A stretch of DNA of 64,000 bases from Terriglobia bacterium (GCA_963816025.1 CAWFJA010000015.1:17254-81253), one strand, 5' to 3'; shown: positions 1 through 11,420, counted from the stretch's first letter. Notes: a model not told the origin generated them from the letters alone. Translations and numbers: made by a program.

Positions 1-1298
<1,298 letters not shown>

Positions 1299-1315
1299 CG
1301 GCCGCTCCTTAATCT

Positions 1316-3183
1316 CTATGCTTGGCCCGCCGCGGGCAGTTTGTCGAGATTGCCCGGCAGTTCGATCATAAACGTTGTGCCCTGTCCCGGCTGGCTGCGC
1401 ACGCTGATCCTGCCGCCATGGTCGCTGATGATCGACTGCACGATGGCCAGTCCGAGTCCGGTGCCGTGGGCTTTGCTGGTGTAGTAGGGCGTGAACAGCC
1501 GTTCGCATTCTTCCGCGGTCAGGCCGGCGCCGGTATCGGCAATTTCCACCACCACCCGGTCGCCACTCTGGTCGCGTACGCAAGGTGAGGGTCCCGCCCT
1601 GCGGCATGGCATCCATCGCGTTCAGCGCCAGATTGGAAAACGCCCGATGAAGCAGTTCGGGATCCGCCGCGATGGGTCGCAGCGCCTCCGCCAATTCCAG
1701 CCGGCATTCGATCGCCGGATGCTCCGGCGACTGCAGTTGCGCCTGCAGCAGGCGCGCCACATTCTGCACGATCTCGTTGAGCTGCACTCGCTGAAATTGC
1801 GGCTGCGGCATCCGGGAGAATTCGCTGAAACGCGAGATGATGGTTTTCAGATTGGCAATCTCCGCCAGCAGCGTAGAGGAGCTTTCGCGAAAAACCTCGT
1901 CGAACTGTTCCGGACTCTGCTGCCGCGCCCGCACCAGGTTCTCCACCGTCAATTGCAGGGGAAACAGCGGATTCTTGAGCTCATGCGCCAGGCGGCGGGC
2001 CAGTTCCCGCCAGGCCGCCACCCGCTCGGCCTGCACCAGGCGCTCCCGTCTGTTCGAGCAGTTCACCGGTCATGCGGTTGAAGGATTCGGCCAGCGCGCC
2101 CAGTTCGTCGGACGAGTCCACCGGAACTCGCGCGTTCCAATTTCCGGCGGCCACTTCTCGCGCCGCCTCCGCCAGTTGCTCGACCGGTCGCGTGACCCGG
2201 GACGAAGCCCATCCGCTGAACAGAATGGCCAGAATGACGCCGGCGGTTCCCGCCAGCAGGGCCGCCGAACGAATACGATTGCGCAGCTCGACATAAGGAC
2301 GCCGCGTGTTGCCCACCAGCAGAATGCCCAGCAACTGGTGGTCGCGGCCGCTTAGCGGGATGGCGTGGACGCTCTCATCATCGGCCGCATCGTCCGACCA
2401 GTGAATCAGCGCGGTGGCTTCCTGCGGTTGTTGCTGGACGCGCTCGATCAGGGGCGCCAGCAGTTGCGGCTGAGGCACGCTCCCCGAAGCCGCAATCAAC
2501 AGATCGGGAGAAAAGCCCTTTGCCAGGTTGCGATAAAGGATGGCCCGCATTCCCGCCGGAAGTCCCAAACTGCTGATGAAGTCTTTGTCCAGGCGGCGGC
2601 CGCCGATCACGTAGATGGGCTTATCGCCCACTTGTACCTGCCGAATCGCGGAGAGGCTGAGGGCCACGCCATCGGGAAGGTCTTCCTGCCGGAGAAAGGC
2701 GTCCTGCGGCGGCGACTCCAGGGGAAGGGAGTTGTCCTTGTATCCGAATTTCGCGGGCCACTGTGCCGACGACAGAATCGTGCCGCCGCTGTCGGCGAAC
2801 TCCAAAAAATCCAGCTGCTGGTTATCGGCCAGAGCTTTGGCCTGGTTCACGAACGCACTGTAGTCGGTGGAACCACGGCTCACCGCGAGCGCCATGCGGG
2901 TCGCGGCTTCGCTGGCGGCGACGGTTTCCACCTGGTGCGCGACCTCGTCGCCGCGGCGGTTGAACTCCCGGCGAAATTGCGCCACCAGCGCGGTGGTCTG
3001 GTCCTCGTTGGCCCGCTCGAAGGCTCGCCGGGTCAGGGCGGAAACGATCCAGGTCACCGCGCCTACGCAGAGCACCACGGTCAGCCCGAATACCAGCAAA
3101 AGTTTGCGCCGAAAGCTCAAGGCTTCCCCGTTTCCAGCCAGACGTCCGGCAAATGCCACGCGCCATCCGGATCTTCCTGCCAT
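1316..3183 (-). pseudogene. sensor histidine kinase (periplasmic sensor, TM, HAMP, HisKA, HATPase_c) split by two frameshifts
   Basis: ORF 1981..3525 carries the sensor and HAMP (RVTRPVEQLAEAAREVAAGN...FNRMTGELLEQ). HisKA (RRLAHELKNPL) and the N-box (NLALNAMDAM) are in a second frame. The G1/G2 boxes (EIADTGAG, GTGLGLAI) are in ORF 1316..1612. Start is ATG 3183 or TTG 3120. Confidence 0.85.
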
Positions 3184-4500
3184 CCCATCACATTTGCGCT
3201 TAAGGCGGTGGCAGCTCTCAAATGCAGCAAGGGAATCACCCGCCGCGATTGCAGCAGCGCGCTCTCGGCAGCGTACAGGCTGTATGCCGCATCGCCGTCG
3301 AACTTGGGCGATGGCAGTCCCAGGCTGGCCGCCAGTTCGTTGAGCGCGACCTGCGCGTCGAGCGAGGGCAGCGGCATGCGGACCAGCCGTATGTCCGGAA
3401 TCTTCGAGTTCGAGGGGAGAGTGAACGGTTCCAGAAGAACCAGTCCGGCATCGAGCGCATTTAATCCGATTCTCGCGGCGATGACCTTCGACAGCGGGTC
3501 CGACGCATCGGTCGCCAGGCTCCATCCTGGTCCCACGCGGGTTTCGCCCCGGATCTGGCGGGCGCGTTGCAGATCAACTACCGTGGGGAAGAGGAACGCG
3601 TAGCCGGTCAGCCAGTTGGGCAGGATGGTGGCGGCGGGTTCACCGCCGCCCTGTAGCAAAACATTGTTGATCGCTGCCCGATCGATGCTGAGCGCGAGAG
3701 CATCGCGCCACTTTCCCTCTTCCGCTGACTGGATATCGTGACTGAATACCAGCGCCATCCATTCCGCCGGAGCTGAACTCTCGATGCGGCGTCCTTCGAG
3801 GACGGCGTGGCGCGCCTGATCGGGTGCGACCTCTACGATGTCCGCCAGGCCAAGATCGAGGGCGATCATCTGGTCGTGGAAACTTTTGCCCAATTCGATT
3901 TCGATGGCGTCCACAAAGGCGCGGCTGCCCCAGTAATCGTCGCGGGCGATGAGGGTGAGCTTCTTGCCCGGATCCCAGCGGTTGATGGCGAACGGTCCGC
4001 TGCCGGCAAGCTTTCCGCCGCCGCGTTTGGCGATGGCATAGCGCGGCAGAGCCAGCACGGCGGGAAGGTTGGACGTCGGCGCGTCGCATTCGACCACGAC
4101 CGCTTCTCCGGCGGCGAAGATTTTCCAGTTCGGATTGGCGACGCGCAGCGAAGCTGCCACCGCGTCCGAAGTCACCGCGGTTCCGTCCTGAAATGTAACT
4201 CCGCGCCGGATGGTTGAACTGCCAGCGCTGATTGCCGGGATCGGCTTGCCATGAAGTGGACAAGGCGGGTTGCGTCTGTCCGCGTCCGTCCAGCGTGACC
4301 AGCGTGTCGAATATCAGCCGCGAAAGACCGGGCAATGCCGATATCCCGGCAGGGCTGGCGTCGGCGGGATCAAGAGATGCAGGCGCTTCCCGGACAGAAA
4401 TGCGCAGCGTCCCGCCATAGTGCGGGCGGGTGCTGGCGGTTGCGGCAGACGCCAGACACAGGCTAACGGCCGCAAGCAAGAATAAGCCGGAAAGCTTCAT
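3117..4500 (-). pseudogene. ABC transporter substrate-binding protein, family 5 (peptide/nickel type), one frameshift
   Basis: Signal peptide plus HYGGTLRISVREAPASLDPA...LSTSWQADPGNQRWQF in ORF 3640..4500. The rest of the SBP_bac_5-like sequence (IRRGVTFQDGTAVTSDAV...) continues in ORF 3117..4175. The frames switch near 4205-4216. Confidence 0.8.
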
Positions 4501-5701
4501 ATCTCCCCGTTTCGGAATTGTGGGTCACAGCGACGGCGCTGGCTCCGCCGGATTCTGTCCACAAAGCGGTGATCGCGCCGCTCACCTCGAGAGGCGCGCT
4601 CACCGCAGCCGGCTCACGGCCGGCCATTTCAAAAGCCCGCACCGTATCGTTATCATTGCGGCCGTCGCTTCTTCCGGTTGCCAGAACTTGCCAGCCCGAT
4701 CCGCAGCCGCTGTGCACGCCGGCGATATCACTGCCCCAGCCCAGCTTTTCCACGACCTGATCGGTTATGCCGTCGAGAAGATGGACTTGTCCATCCACGG
4801 CAGCCAGCAGCCACGACGTACTCTTGGGCGCGAGGCACAGCGGCGGCTGAATAAAAAGCCGGGGCCGTCGTTTGTTTGCCCACCGCGGGCGATAACGCCC
4901 CGCTGAAGAAATTACGGGTGGAGGTGAAAGACGCGTTCAGGACGGCCAGGTCTGATCCAACGGGCCAGGGATCGTCGCTGTCGTAACAGGTCATCGCCGG
5001 AGGCGCATTCGCCAAACTCCGACAATGGACGCCGGGCAGGTAGGCCTCAAAAAGCGAGGTCTTTGCTATTGGCGAGAACCAGCCTTCCCCGCAGATCGCG
5101 CGGCCAGGGACGGGAGTGGACAATGGGAAGCGATTGCTCCAACTGCCAGCGGTTGTCCTGGAGCCGGTACGATGTCACCCCGTTTCCATCCAACACCAGC
5201 ATGCGCGCCGGGTTGCTGCCGGTGACCGCAACATCCAAAATGCGCTCCGGCTGGGACCACAAGGGAATTCTGCGCAGCACCACGGCCGCGGCTTCGGGTT
5301 CGACGGACGAGCGGGGCAGATCGCGGCAGAGAAACCATGACGATCGAAGCCGCATTCGCACCCTGCCGAATTTCCGCCACCCAGACATAGCTTTGCAGGT
5401 CTTCCGAGAGCGAGACCCGTACGGTCACGATGGCCTGTTCACCCGGGACGAAACGCGCTCCGAGAACCGGCCAGCTGGGTGAGCAGATTGCGCCGGATGT
5501 CGTCGGCGGTCGCGGAACTGAGCGACGAGCGGTTCAGGACTTCCACCGCCATGTTCTTTCGGGCCCGCAGCCGACACAATCTTTGCCGCCAGTTGCGCTT
5601 CGGCGGCCGGCCCAGTTCTGGGCACCCGCCGGCGGGGCCAGGAGCAGCGTCAGAACCAACCCGAGCCAGCCGACAAACCATGAGGGAAGTAGAGTGTGCA
5701 T
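4463..5701 (-). pseudogene. secreted hypothetical protein gene broken by at least six frameshifts
   Basis: A coherent protein can only be read by hopping between ORFs 5534..5911, 5425..5625, 5439..5681, 5066..5428, 5047..5388, 4728..5123 and 4463..4798. Signal peptide is MHTLLPSWFVGWLGLVLTLLLAPPAGA. Confidence 0.7.
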
Positions 5702-5942
5702 GCCCGGGCCGCGCCCATGGGCGCGAAAATTGCCGCGAGAATCGGTGCGAAAATTGATGCGCGAATTATAAGCTGCACATTGCATGGCTCTTTGGTTCGC
5801 TCCCGGTACTGTCTGGGTTCGTCCGCCGCCAGTTTCCGAGGGCAGCAAACCAGGCTGCTGACCGGACCACTTCGTCGGGCGCTGATTACATTGACCTGCG
5901 CCCGCCGGCAAAAGTTCCCCTCGCCGGCTGCTGCCTGATGGC

Positions 5943-6095
5943 TTAACGCTGGACTGCCGGTTTGGCTTGGGGCGCTCGGGGAGTAAAAAACGCTCCCAGC
6001 ACTTTGCCGAAGATGAGCTCTTCCACCAGAATTGCGATGGCCAGCGAAAAAGTCATGCCCCCGATGACTGCGACGGTCGTGAATACGAGTTCCAT
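5943..6095 (-). CDS. small (50 aa) single-TM hypothetical protein
   Basis: GGAGG 5 nt upstream of ATG 6095. Translation is MELVFTTVAVIGGMTFSLAIAILVEELIFGKVLGAFFTPRAPQAKPAVQR. Below the size cut-off of the ORF track. Confidence 0.45.
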   Translation of the reverse strand: MELVFTTVAVIGGMTFSLAIAILVEELIFGKVLGAFFTPRAPQAKPAVQR

Positions 6096-6238
6096 AAATG
6101 CCTCCGTGACGGACACCTCCGATGTAGCGCACGAATGGCCAATCGTAATGCGACTGATTAATAGACACTTATAAAGGTTCTAGAATGGCGTAATTGTGGG
6201 TCTTCGACAACGTCGTGTCAGGGCTGACACGACGCTTG

Positions 6239-6368
6239 GTGTGGGGCGGACACTCTGCCCGCCGCTTTTGACTTGGGGTTTGCCGGGGGTTAGTAGGCTG
6301 GCGAATGGCCTCAAGGGAGACAATTAGACTCGAAAACAAAAAAGGCGGACAGGAGTGTCCGCCCCACA
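6239..6368. repeat. REP-like inverted pair (unit GTGTGGGGCGGACACTC..CCGCC)
   Basis: Left unit is 6239-6263 and the inverted unit is 6344-6368. They share 17 identical nt, and each unit is itself a hairpin (GGCGGACA/TGTCCGCC). Confidence 0.8.
6331..6363 (-). terminator. intrinsic terminator downstream of the 6390..6896 gene
   Basis: On the minus strand: GGCGGACA-CTCC-TGTCCGCC followed by TTTTTTGTTTTCG. It begins 27 nt after the stop at 6390. Confidence 0.6.
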
Positions 6369-6389
6369 CAACCAGAGTTGCTTGCGGCT

Positions 6390-6896
6390 CTAGAATTCCG
6401 GCTCGGTCGAAACCGCGCACAACTCGCTTTCTTCTTTTGGAACTGCTTCGCGCAGGGAGAGCGGTTCGGTTTCGATTGCGCCCTCCTGCCGGAGGGCGTC
6501 GAGCAACGCATCCAGAACCACCTGCAAGGACCGTGGATTCTCCATCAACAACCGTTCCAGGCTCTCCCGGTGCACGGCGAGCTCTCCGATTGTCCGCGCC
6601 CCTCGGATGTCCACTCGGCCCGGGGTTGGAATCTGCCGCCAGCCCGCCATGCCCAACGCGCTTCGCGCAAAGGGATAATCGAGCCGGCCGGTGGTCATCC
6701 AGTGAATGACCAGCTCCTCGACGTGTTCGATGCTGCAGGCGAGCTGAATGCCCGGCCGAGAGGCCAGGCGGTCATTCCATTGCATGATCGTGAGCTTGTC
6801 CTCCCAGGTATTTTCGGCAATCAGGAAACGGGGCTGGTTGGCCGACCGTTCCTGTCGGCAGATGGCACACAGAGGGGTACTGACAAGACGATTCAT
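6390..6896 (-). CDS. hypothetical protein
   Basis: Internal ATG 6896 of ORF 6390..7220, preceded by GAAAGG. Product starts MNRLVSTPLCAICRQE.... No domain recognised. Confidence 0.5.
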   Translation of the reverse strand: MNRLVSTPLCAICRQERSANQPRFLIAENTWEDKLTIMQWNDRLASRPGIQLACSIEHVEELVIHWMTTGRLDYPFARSALGMAGWRQIPTPGRVDIRGARTIGELAVHRESLERLLMENPRSLQVVLDALLDALRQEGAIETEPLSLREAVPKEESELCAVSTEPEF

Positions 6897-7231
6897 AAGG
6901 CACCTTTCAATTCCGCCCGATACGGTTTCACCGTCGGCTGCAGCAGCCTCAGATGCAAGGCAGGCGACTGCGGTATTCCCGGCCGGAAGCGGAACGGTAA
7001 CCATTCCCCGTCCGCGTTCGAAGGTCAGGGTGAGTAGCGAGGAACAGCCATCGCACAACCAGAAACGCTCCAGCTGGCCTGCGGGCCGCTCTCTTCGATG
7101 AGCGGACGGATTCGCCGACTCGATCTGGGAGCCCCGGCCGCACCAGAATCCATGTGAAGGAGAAAGAGCTTGCCGCGGCGGAGACTGCGGAACAAATTGG
7201 GACAGGCAGGATTGGCACACTTATGAAGCAT
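6897..7231 (-). pseudogene. Cys-rich hypothetical protein (CANPACP...GKLF...FWLCDGC), frameshifted and reading into the downstream ORF
   Basis: The N-terminus MLHKCANPACPNLFRSLRRGKLFLLHMDSG is in ORF 7025..7297. The continuation SQIESANPSAHRRERPAGQLERFWLCDGCSSLLTLTFE is in ORF 6390..7220. The frame switches near 7125-7145. Confidence 0.5.
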
Positions 7232-7565
7232 CGAGGGTCTCCTGGAAGCGTAAGCCGTCAACCTGGGATTGCGCTGGATGGAAAGACGGTGCAGCACGCA
7301 AGGGGCCGTAAGTTAAAGGTGAGGGAAGTTACGTAACTCGCTGAAGCCTTGATGGTCCCGATCTCTCCCGCCCGATTGCGGTATGCCGACCTGAGGTCAC
7401 ATCTGCCGATCCTCCGTCAGGTCTGCGCAACGCTGGTCCCGTGATTGCCAGTATGATTGCCCGTCCGGGGGGCCAGGAGTAAGATTGCGCAACGGCAGGG
7501 GCCCGACAGAGCACGCCCCGGGGCTCGGGAGCCTGCTCTCCAATTCCAATCGGCGCAAACGCTCC

Positions 7566-10211
7566 ATGGCAGAAGTGCAGCCCATTCCGGCGAGTTCGAC
7601 TACGCCTCGTGATTCGCAGGCGCAGGATTCCCTGAGCGGCACGGTGGTGGGACGTTTCCGCATCGCGGAGCGGCTTGGCCAGGGCGGTATGGGCGAGGTA
7701 TATCGCGCCGAGGATACCAAACTCAAACGCACCGTAGCTCTCAAGCGGCTCGCGCCTTCATTGCGCGCCGACTCTCTCTACCGGCGCCGCTTCCTGGAGG
7801 AGGCGGAACGCGCGTCCCGCTTCGGCGATGCCCAGGTGGCGGCGGTCTACGACGTTCTTGAAGAGCACGGCGAAATATTCCTGATCCTGGAGTACGTCGA
7901 AGGCCAGAACCTGCGGCAACGCCTGCGCCAGCCGCTTTCGCTGGATGAGTTCTTTACCATTGCCATGCAGTGCGCGGAAGCGCTGGTGTCGGCGCACGGC
8001 CACGGCATCGTGCACTGTGATATCAAGCCGGAAAACATCATGCTGACCAGCGCCGGCAAGATCAAGATATTGGACTTTGGCGTGGCCAAGCACTTGCCGC
8101 GATCCGACCAGAGTTCGACCGTGGATCGCGCCGGAACTTTTGCCGGCACCCCCGCCTACATGTCGCCGGAAGTCCTTCTGGAACGGGTTCCGGACGGCCG
8201 CGCCGATATTTTCTCATTGGGCGTGGTCTTCTACGAAGTTTTGACCGGGCAGCATCCCTTTCTCGCGAACAGTTTCGTGGCCACTTCGGACCGCATTCGC
8301 GCCGAGACGCCGGCCTCCATTCGCATCTTCAATCGCTCCGTGTCCCGAGACCTGGATGCCCTGGTCAACAAGGCGATGGCCAAAGATCCGGCGCAGCGTT
8401 ATGCCAGCGCTCAAGAACTGCTGGATGCCCTGCGCCAGGTGCATGGCGAGCTGAGCGACGCTGGACTCGCGCGGGTGGTTCCACCGCGGGTCGAAACCCT
8501 GCCGAAGAAAAACAGGACATGGCTCTGGGCGTCGGTTTTGCTGCTGGGTGTGTTGCTGTTCGCCTTTTTCTACTGGCAGGCAAGGTCGAGTCGCGGAAAT
8601 AGTCTGGGCAGTTCGCCTGCGCCCATTCAGTTGGCGGTGCTGCCCTTTGCTCCCACTGCAGACGATGCCGGCAGCCGGGCATTCTGTGATGGCTTGACCG
8701 AGACCCTTACCGCGAAGCTCACGCAATTGACCGGCAACTATCCGCTTCAGGTAGTCCCCAGCAGCGAGATACGCGCTGCGGGAGTGACCAGTGTCGAGCA
8801 GGCCCGAAAGAATTTTGGAGTTGGCCTGGTGCTCGAAGGCAGCCTGCACAGCTCCGGCAACCAGGTGCGGGTGGCCTACACTCTGGTGGACGCGAAGACC
8901 AATCGCCAACTGCATGCCGAAACGGTTGACGCCGACGTCAGCGATGCCTTTGCAGTCGAAGACCGGGTGGTGGACGGCACCCTCCACATGCTGGGCTTGA
9001 CCGTCAAGAATGACGACCGCGTGGTGCTGGCGGCGCACGGGACGGGCGATGCCTCGGCCTATGATCAGTATCTTCGCGGCCGCGGATATCTGCTGGATTA
9101 TCAAAAGCACGAGAACATCGATAGCGCGATTTCCGCTTTCAACCGGGCCCTGACCCTCGATCCCAAATATGCCGAAGCCTACGCCGCGCTCGGCAAGGCT
9201 TATGGGCTGCAGTATGAAGAAGGCCAGGGTGGCCGCGAACTGATGGAGAAGGCCAGATCGGCGTGCGACCATGCGGTGGCCAGCTCTCCCAGCCTGGCGG
9301 AAGGTCACACCTGCCTGGGCAGCGTCTTTCGCGCCACCGGCGAGTACGACAAAGCCGTGGCTCAGTTTCGGGAAGCTACCACCCTTGATCCCACCAGCGA
9401 TGACGCATTTCGCGGCCTGGCGGACGCCTACGAAAAGCTGAACCAGCCGGATGAAGCCGAGGCCACTTTCCGGAAAGCCATCAGCCTGCGGCCGCAATAC
9501 TGGGGTGGATACAACTGGCTGGGTTTCTTCTACTGGCAGCAGGGGCGATACGATGACGCAGCCAGGATGTTCAAGGAAGTCGTGTCGCTGATGCCGGACA
9601 ACTTCCGGGGATACTCGAACCTCGGAGCCATGTACGTCGTTCAGGGACGATATGCGCAAGCCATCGATGCTTTGCAGAAGTCCCTCGCGATTCGTCCGAC
9701 GGTGGAGGTTTACGACAATTTAGGCAACGCCTATTTCTCCATGCGACGGTTTGATGAAGCCGCGCGCAACTTCGAAGAGGGGTTGAAGTTTGACAAGACC
9801 AGCTGGCTCAGCTGGGGAAATCTCGGAGACGCCTACTACTAGGTGCCGGGCAAACGGCCAGAAGCGGAAAATGCGTACCGCCAGGCGATCGCTCTGGCCG
9901 ATGAGAAGCTTCGAGTGAATCCGAAAGATGGGCGCGTATTAGCCTTTCGCGCCACTTATCTGGCCATGCTCGACAGGAAAGAGGACGCTTTCGCTTCTCT
10001 GCAAAAGGCACTGAAGATTTCACCGAAAGACCCTGACGTGCAGTGCCGGGCGGCCCTGGTGTACAACCATTTCGGGGACACGAACCACATGCTGGACGCG
10101 CTCGAGAAAGCGCTGAGCGCCGGGGTTCCGGCCGCCTGGGTTCGGGACACTCCGGATTTCGACCATTTGCGCAACGATCCCAAGTTGGAGGCCATTTTGC
10201 GGGGACATTAG
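7566..10211 (+). pseudogene. Ser/Thr protein kinase - TM - TPR repeat protein interrupted by an in-frame TAG (9840-9842)
   Basis: Kinase motifs are present: GQGGMGEVY, VALK, HCDIKPENIM, DFG, TPAYMSPE. A TM segment and TPR repeats follow. ORF 9843..10211 continues the TPR array in the same frame directly after the TAG (..GDAYY*VPGKRPEAENAYRQAI). Confidence 0.8.
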
Positions 10212-10338
10212 TCGGCCTGAAAGTTTTCTAAGCCAGGGAGAGAGCTCGGGGTACGGGAACGATCGGGACCTGTCAAACGGCGTTTGCGTGCAACTTTGAA
10301 CGCACAGGATTTGAGCGAACAGGAGAAGATATGAAGAT

Positions 10339-10629
10339 ATGAAAAGTGAAGTCTTGAAAGTGAGAATTCGTACAGACCTGAGTCTGGATTATGACGTGGT
10401 CAACGTCAGACTGAGCGTCGGAGATCAAGTGGAATGGGTTACCGAGGGCGGGCCGGTCACAATCAGTTTTGAGGGCGAGAGCCCATTCGCCGAGTGTTCG
10501 TTTGTCACGGTGGCAGGGAAGCCAGCGCGCTCCGGGAAGCCGGTGGGGAACCCCGGTCCCTACGAGTACTGCATCCATAGCGAGTTGCTGTCCAAGAGCG
10601 CCGATCCCGGGGTGAACGTAAAGCCCTGA
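10339..10629 (+). CDS. small hypothetical protein (96 aa)
   Basis: ATG ORF with GC3-rich codon usage. The antisense ORF 10273..10719 looks like a shadow frame. Confidence 0.5.
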   Translation: MKSEVLKVRIRTDLSLDYDVVNVRLSVGDQVEWVTEGGPVTISFEGESPFAECSFVTVAGKPARSGKPVGNPGPYEYCIHSELLSKSADPGVNVKP

Positions 10630-10907
10630 GCAATCTGGAATTCCGCTAAGAGCGCGGGCTTCGGCGGCCTGGGGACGGGTGTGCCCACCCTGCGACAGGC
10701 GTCGCTCCCGCCTGGCCACTCGTCTTCTACTTCTACCTTATTACCGAAGGCCAACGTCCGTATCTTCAGTCACTTGCTGCCTGGAGTCCCCTGAATTCGA
10801 ATAGCACTGTCCAGGTGGGGCGCAGAATACAGAAACGGCCTCGCCCGCGCCGCCTGCTTAGTCCTGCCGGCGGTCCAGGACAAATCTTTATTCGGAGGAA
10901 CAGAAGA

Positions 10908-11420
10908 ATGCGCAATTCAGTAGGCATCATCTTGCTGCTCTGGCTGGCTTCCTTGTCGGTCGTGGCCCAGGACTTCCCCAAGGCGGAAATTTTCGGCGGA
11001 TACCAATACAGCCGGCAGAACAGCACCAATCTGAACGGCTGGAACGGCTCCCTGACGGGAAACTACAACCAGTGGTTTGGCCTGACCGGAGATTTCAGCG
11101 GAGCTTACCACTCCGAAGGCGGCGTCTCTTTCCGGAGCTACACCTATACGTTTGGCCCGACGGTCGCGAGCCGGAGCAATGAACGATTTACTCCGTTTGC
11201 GCACGCCCTGTTTGGGGGAGTTCATCAATCGGTGGACGCCGCGGGCTCCTCGCTGGGGAGTGTCAACGGCTTTGCGATGATCTTCGGAGGCGGAGTGGAT
11301 GCGCGCCTCTCGCCGCGCCTGGCGGTGCGCGTGGGGCAGCTCGACTACATGTCATTCCACGCCAGCGGAGGGTCGTCCAATATTTTCCGTTATTCCGCTG
11401 GAATTGTCTTCCACCTCTAG
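10908..11420 (+). CDS. outer-membrane beta-barrel protein (OmpW/porin-like small barrel)
   Basis: GGAGG upstream of ATG 10908. Signal peptide ends ..SVVAQ. Alternating beta-strand pattern and C-terminal aromatic ending (AGIVFHL). Confidence 0.75.
   Translation: MRNSVGIILLLWLASLSVVAQDFPKAEIFGGYQYSRQNSTNLNGWNGSLTGNYNQWFGLTGDFSGAYHSEGGVSFRSYTYTFGPTVASRSNERFTPFAHALFGGVHQSVDAAGSSLGSVNGFAMIFGGGVDARLSPRLAVRVGQLDYMSFHASGGSSNIFRYSAGIVFHL

Noticed and set aside
5701-5942. Perfect TATAAT on the minus strand (around 5765-5770) as promoter of the decayed operon
   Set aside because: No acceptable -35 or extended -10 (TGn) is at the right spacing. Chance occurrence cannot be excluded.
7213-7218. Sigma54 promoters for the NtrC-like regulator (TGGCAC at 7213-7218 and 26732-26737)
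   Set aside because: Neither has the TTGC -12 element at the required spacing. One is also inside or adjacent to a repeat unit.
8214-9659. Long antisense ORFs: 8214..9659 (-) 481 aa, 27532..29160 (+) 542 aa, 25450..26748 (+) 432 aa, 2365..3603 (+) 412 aa, 15983..17155 (+) 390 aa, 120..1052 (+), 42217..43053 (+), 45393..46238 (-), 50261..51145 (+), 61204..62124 (-), 54537..55250 (-)
   Set aside because: Each lies opposite a gene with clear domain motifs. Their products are Arg/Gly/Ala/Pro-rich, low-complexity strings with no motifs. These are the shadow frames expected in high-GC DNA.
9840-9842. TAG as a recoded (pyrrolysine or suppressed) codon
   Set aside because: It is a single occurrence, no pyl genes or PYLIS-like context were seen, and TGG-to-TAG is one transition. 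I treat it as a nonsense mutation or base error unless proteomics says otherwise.
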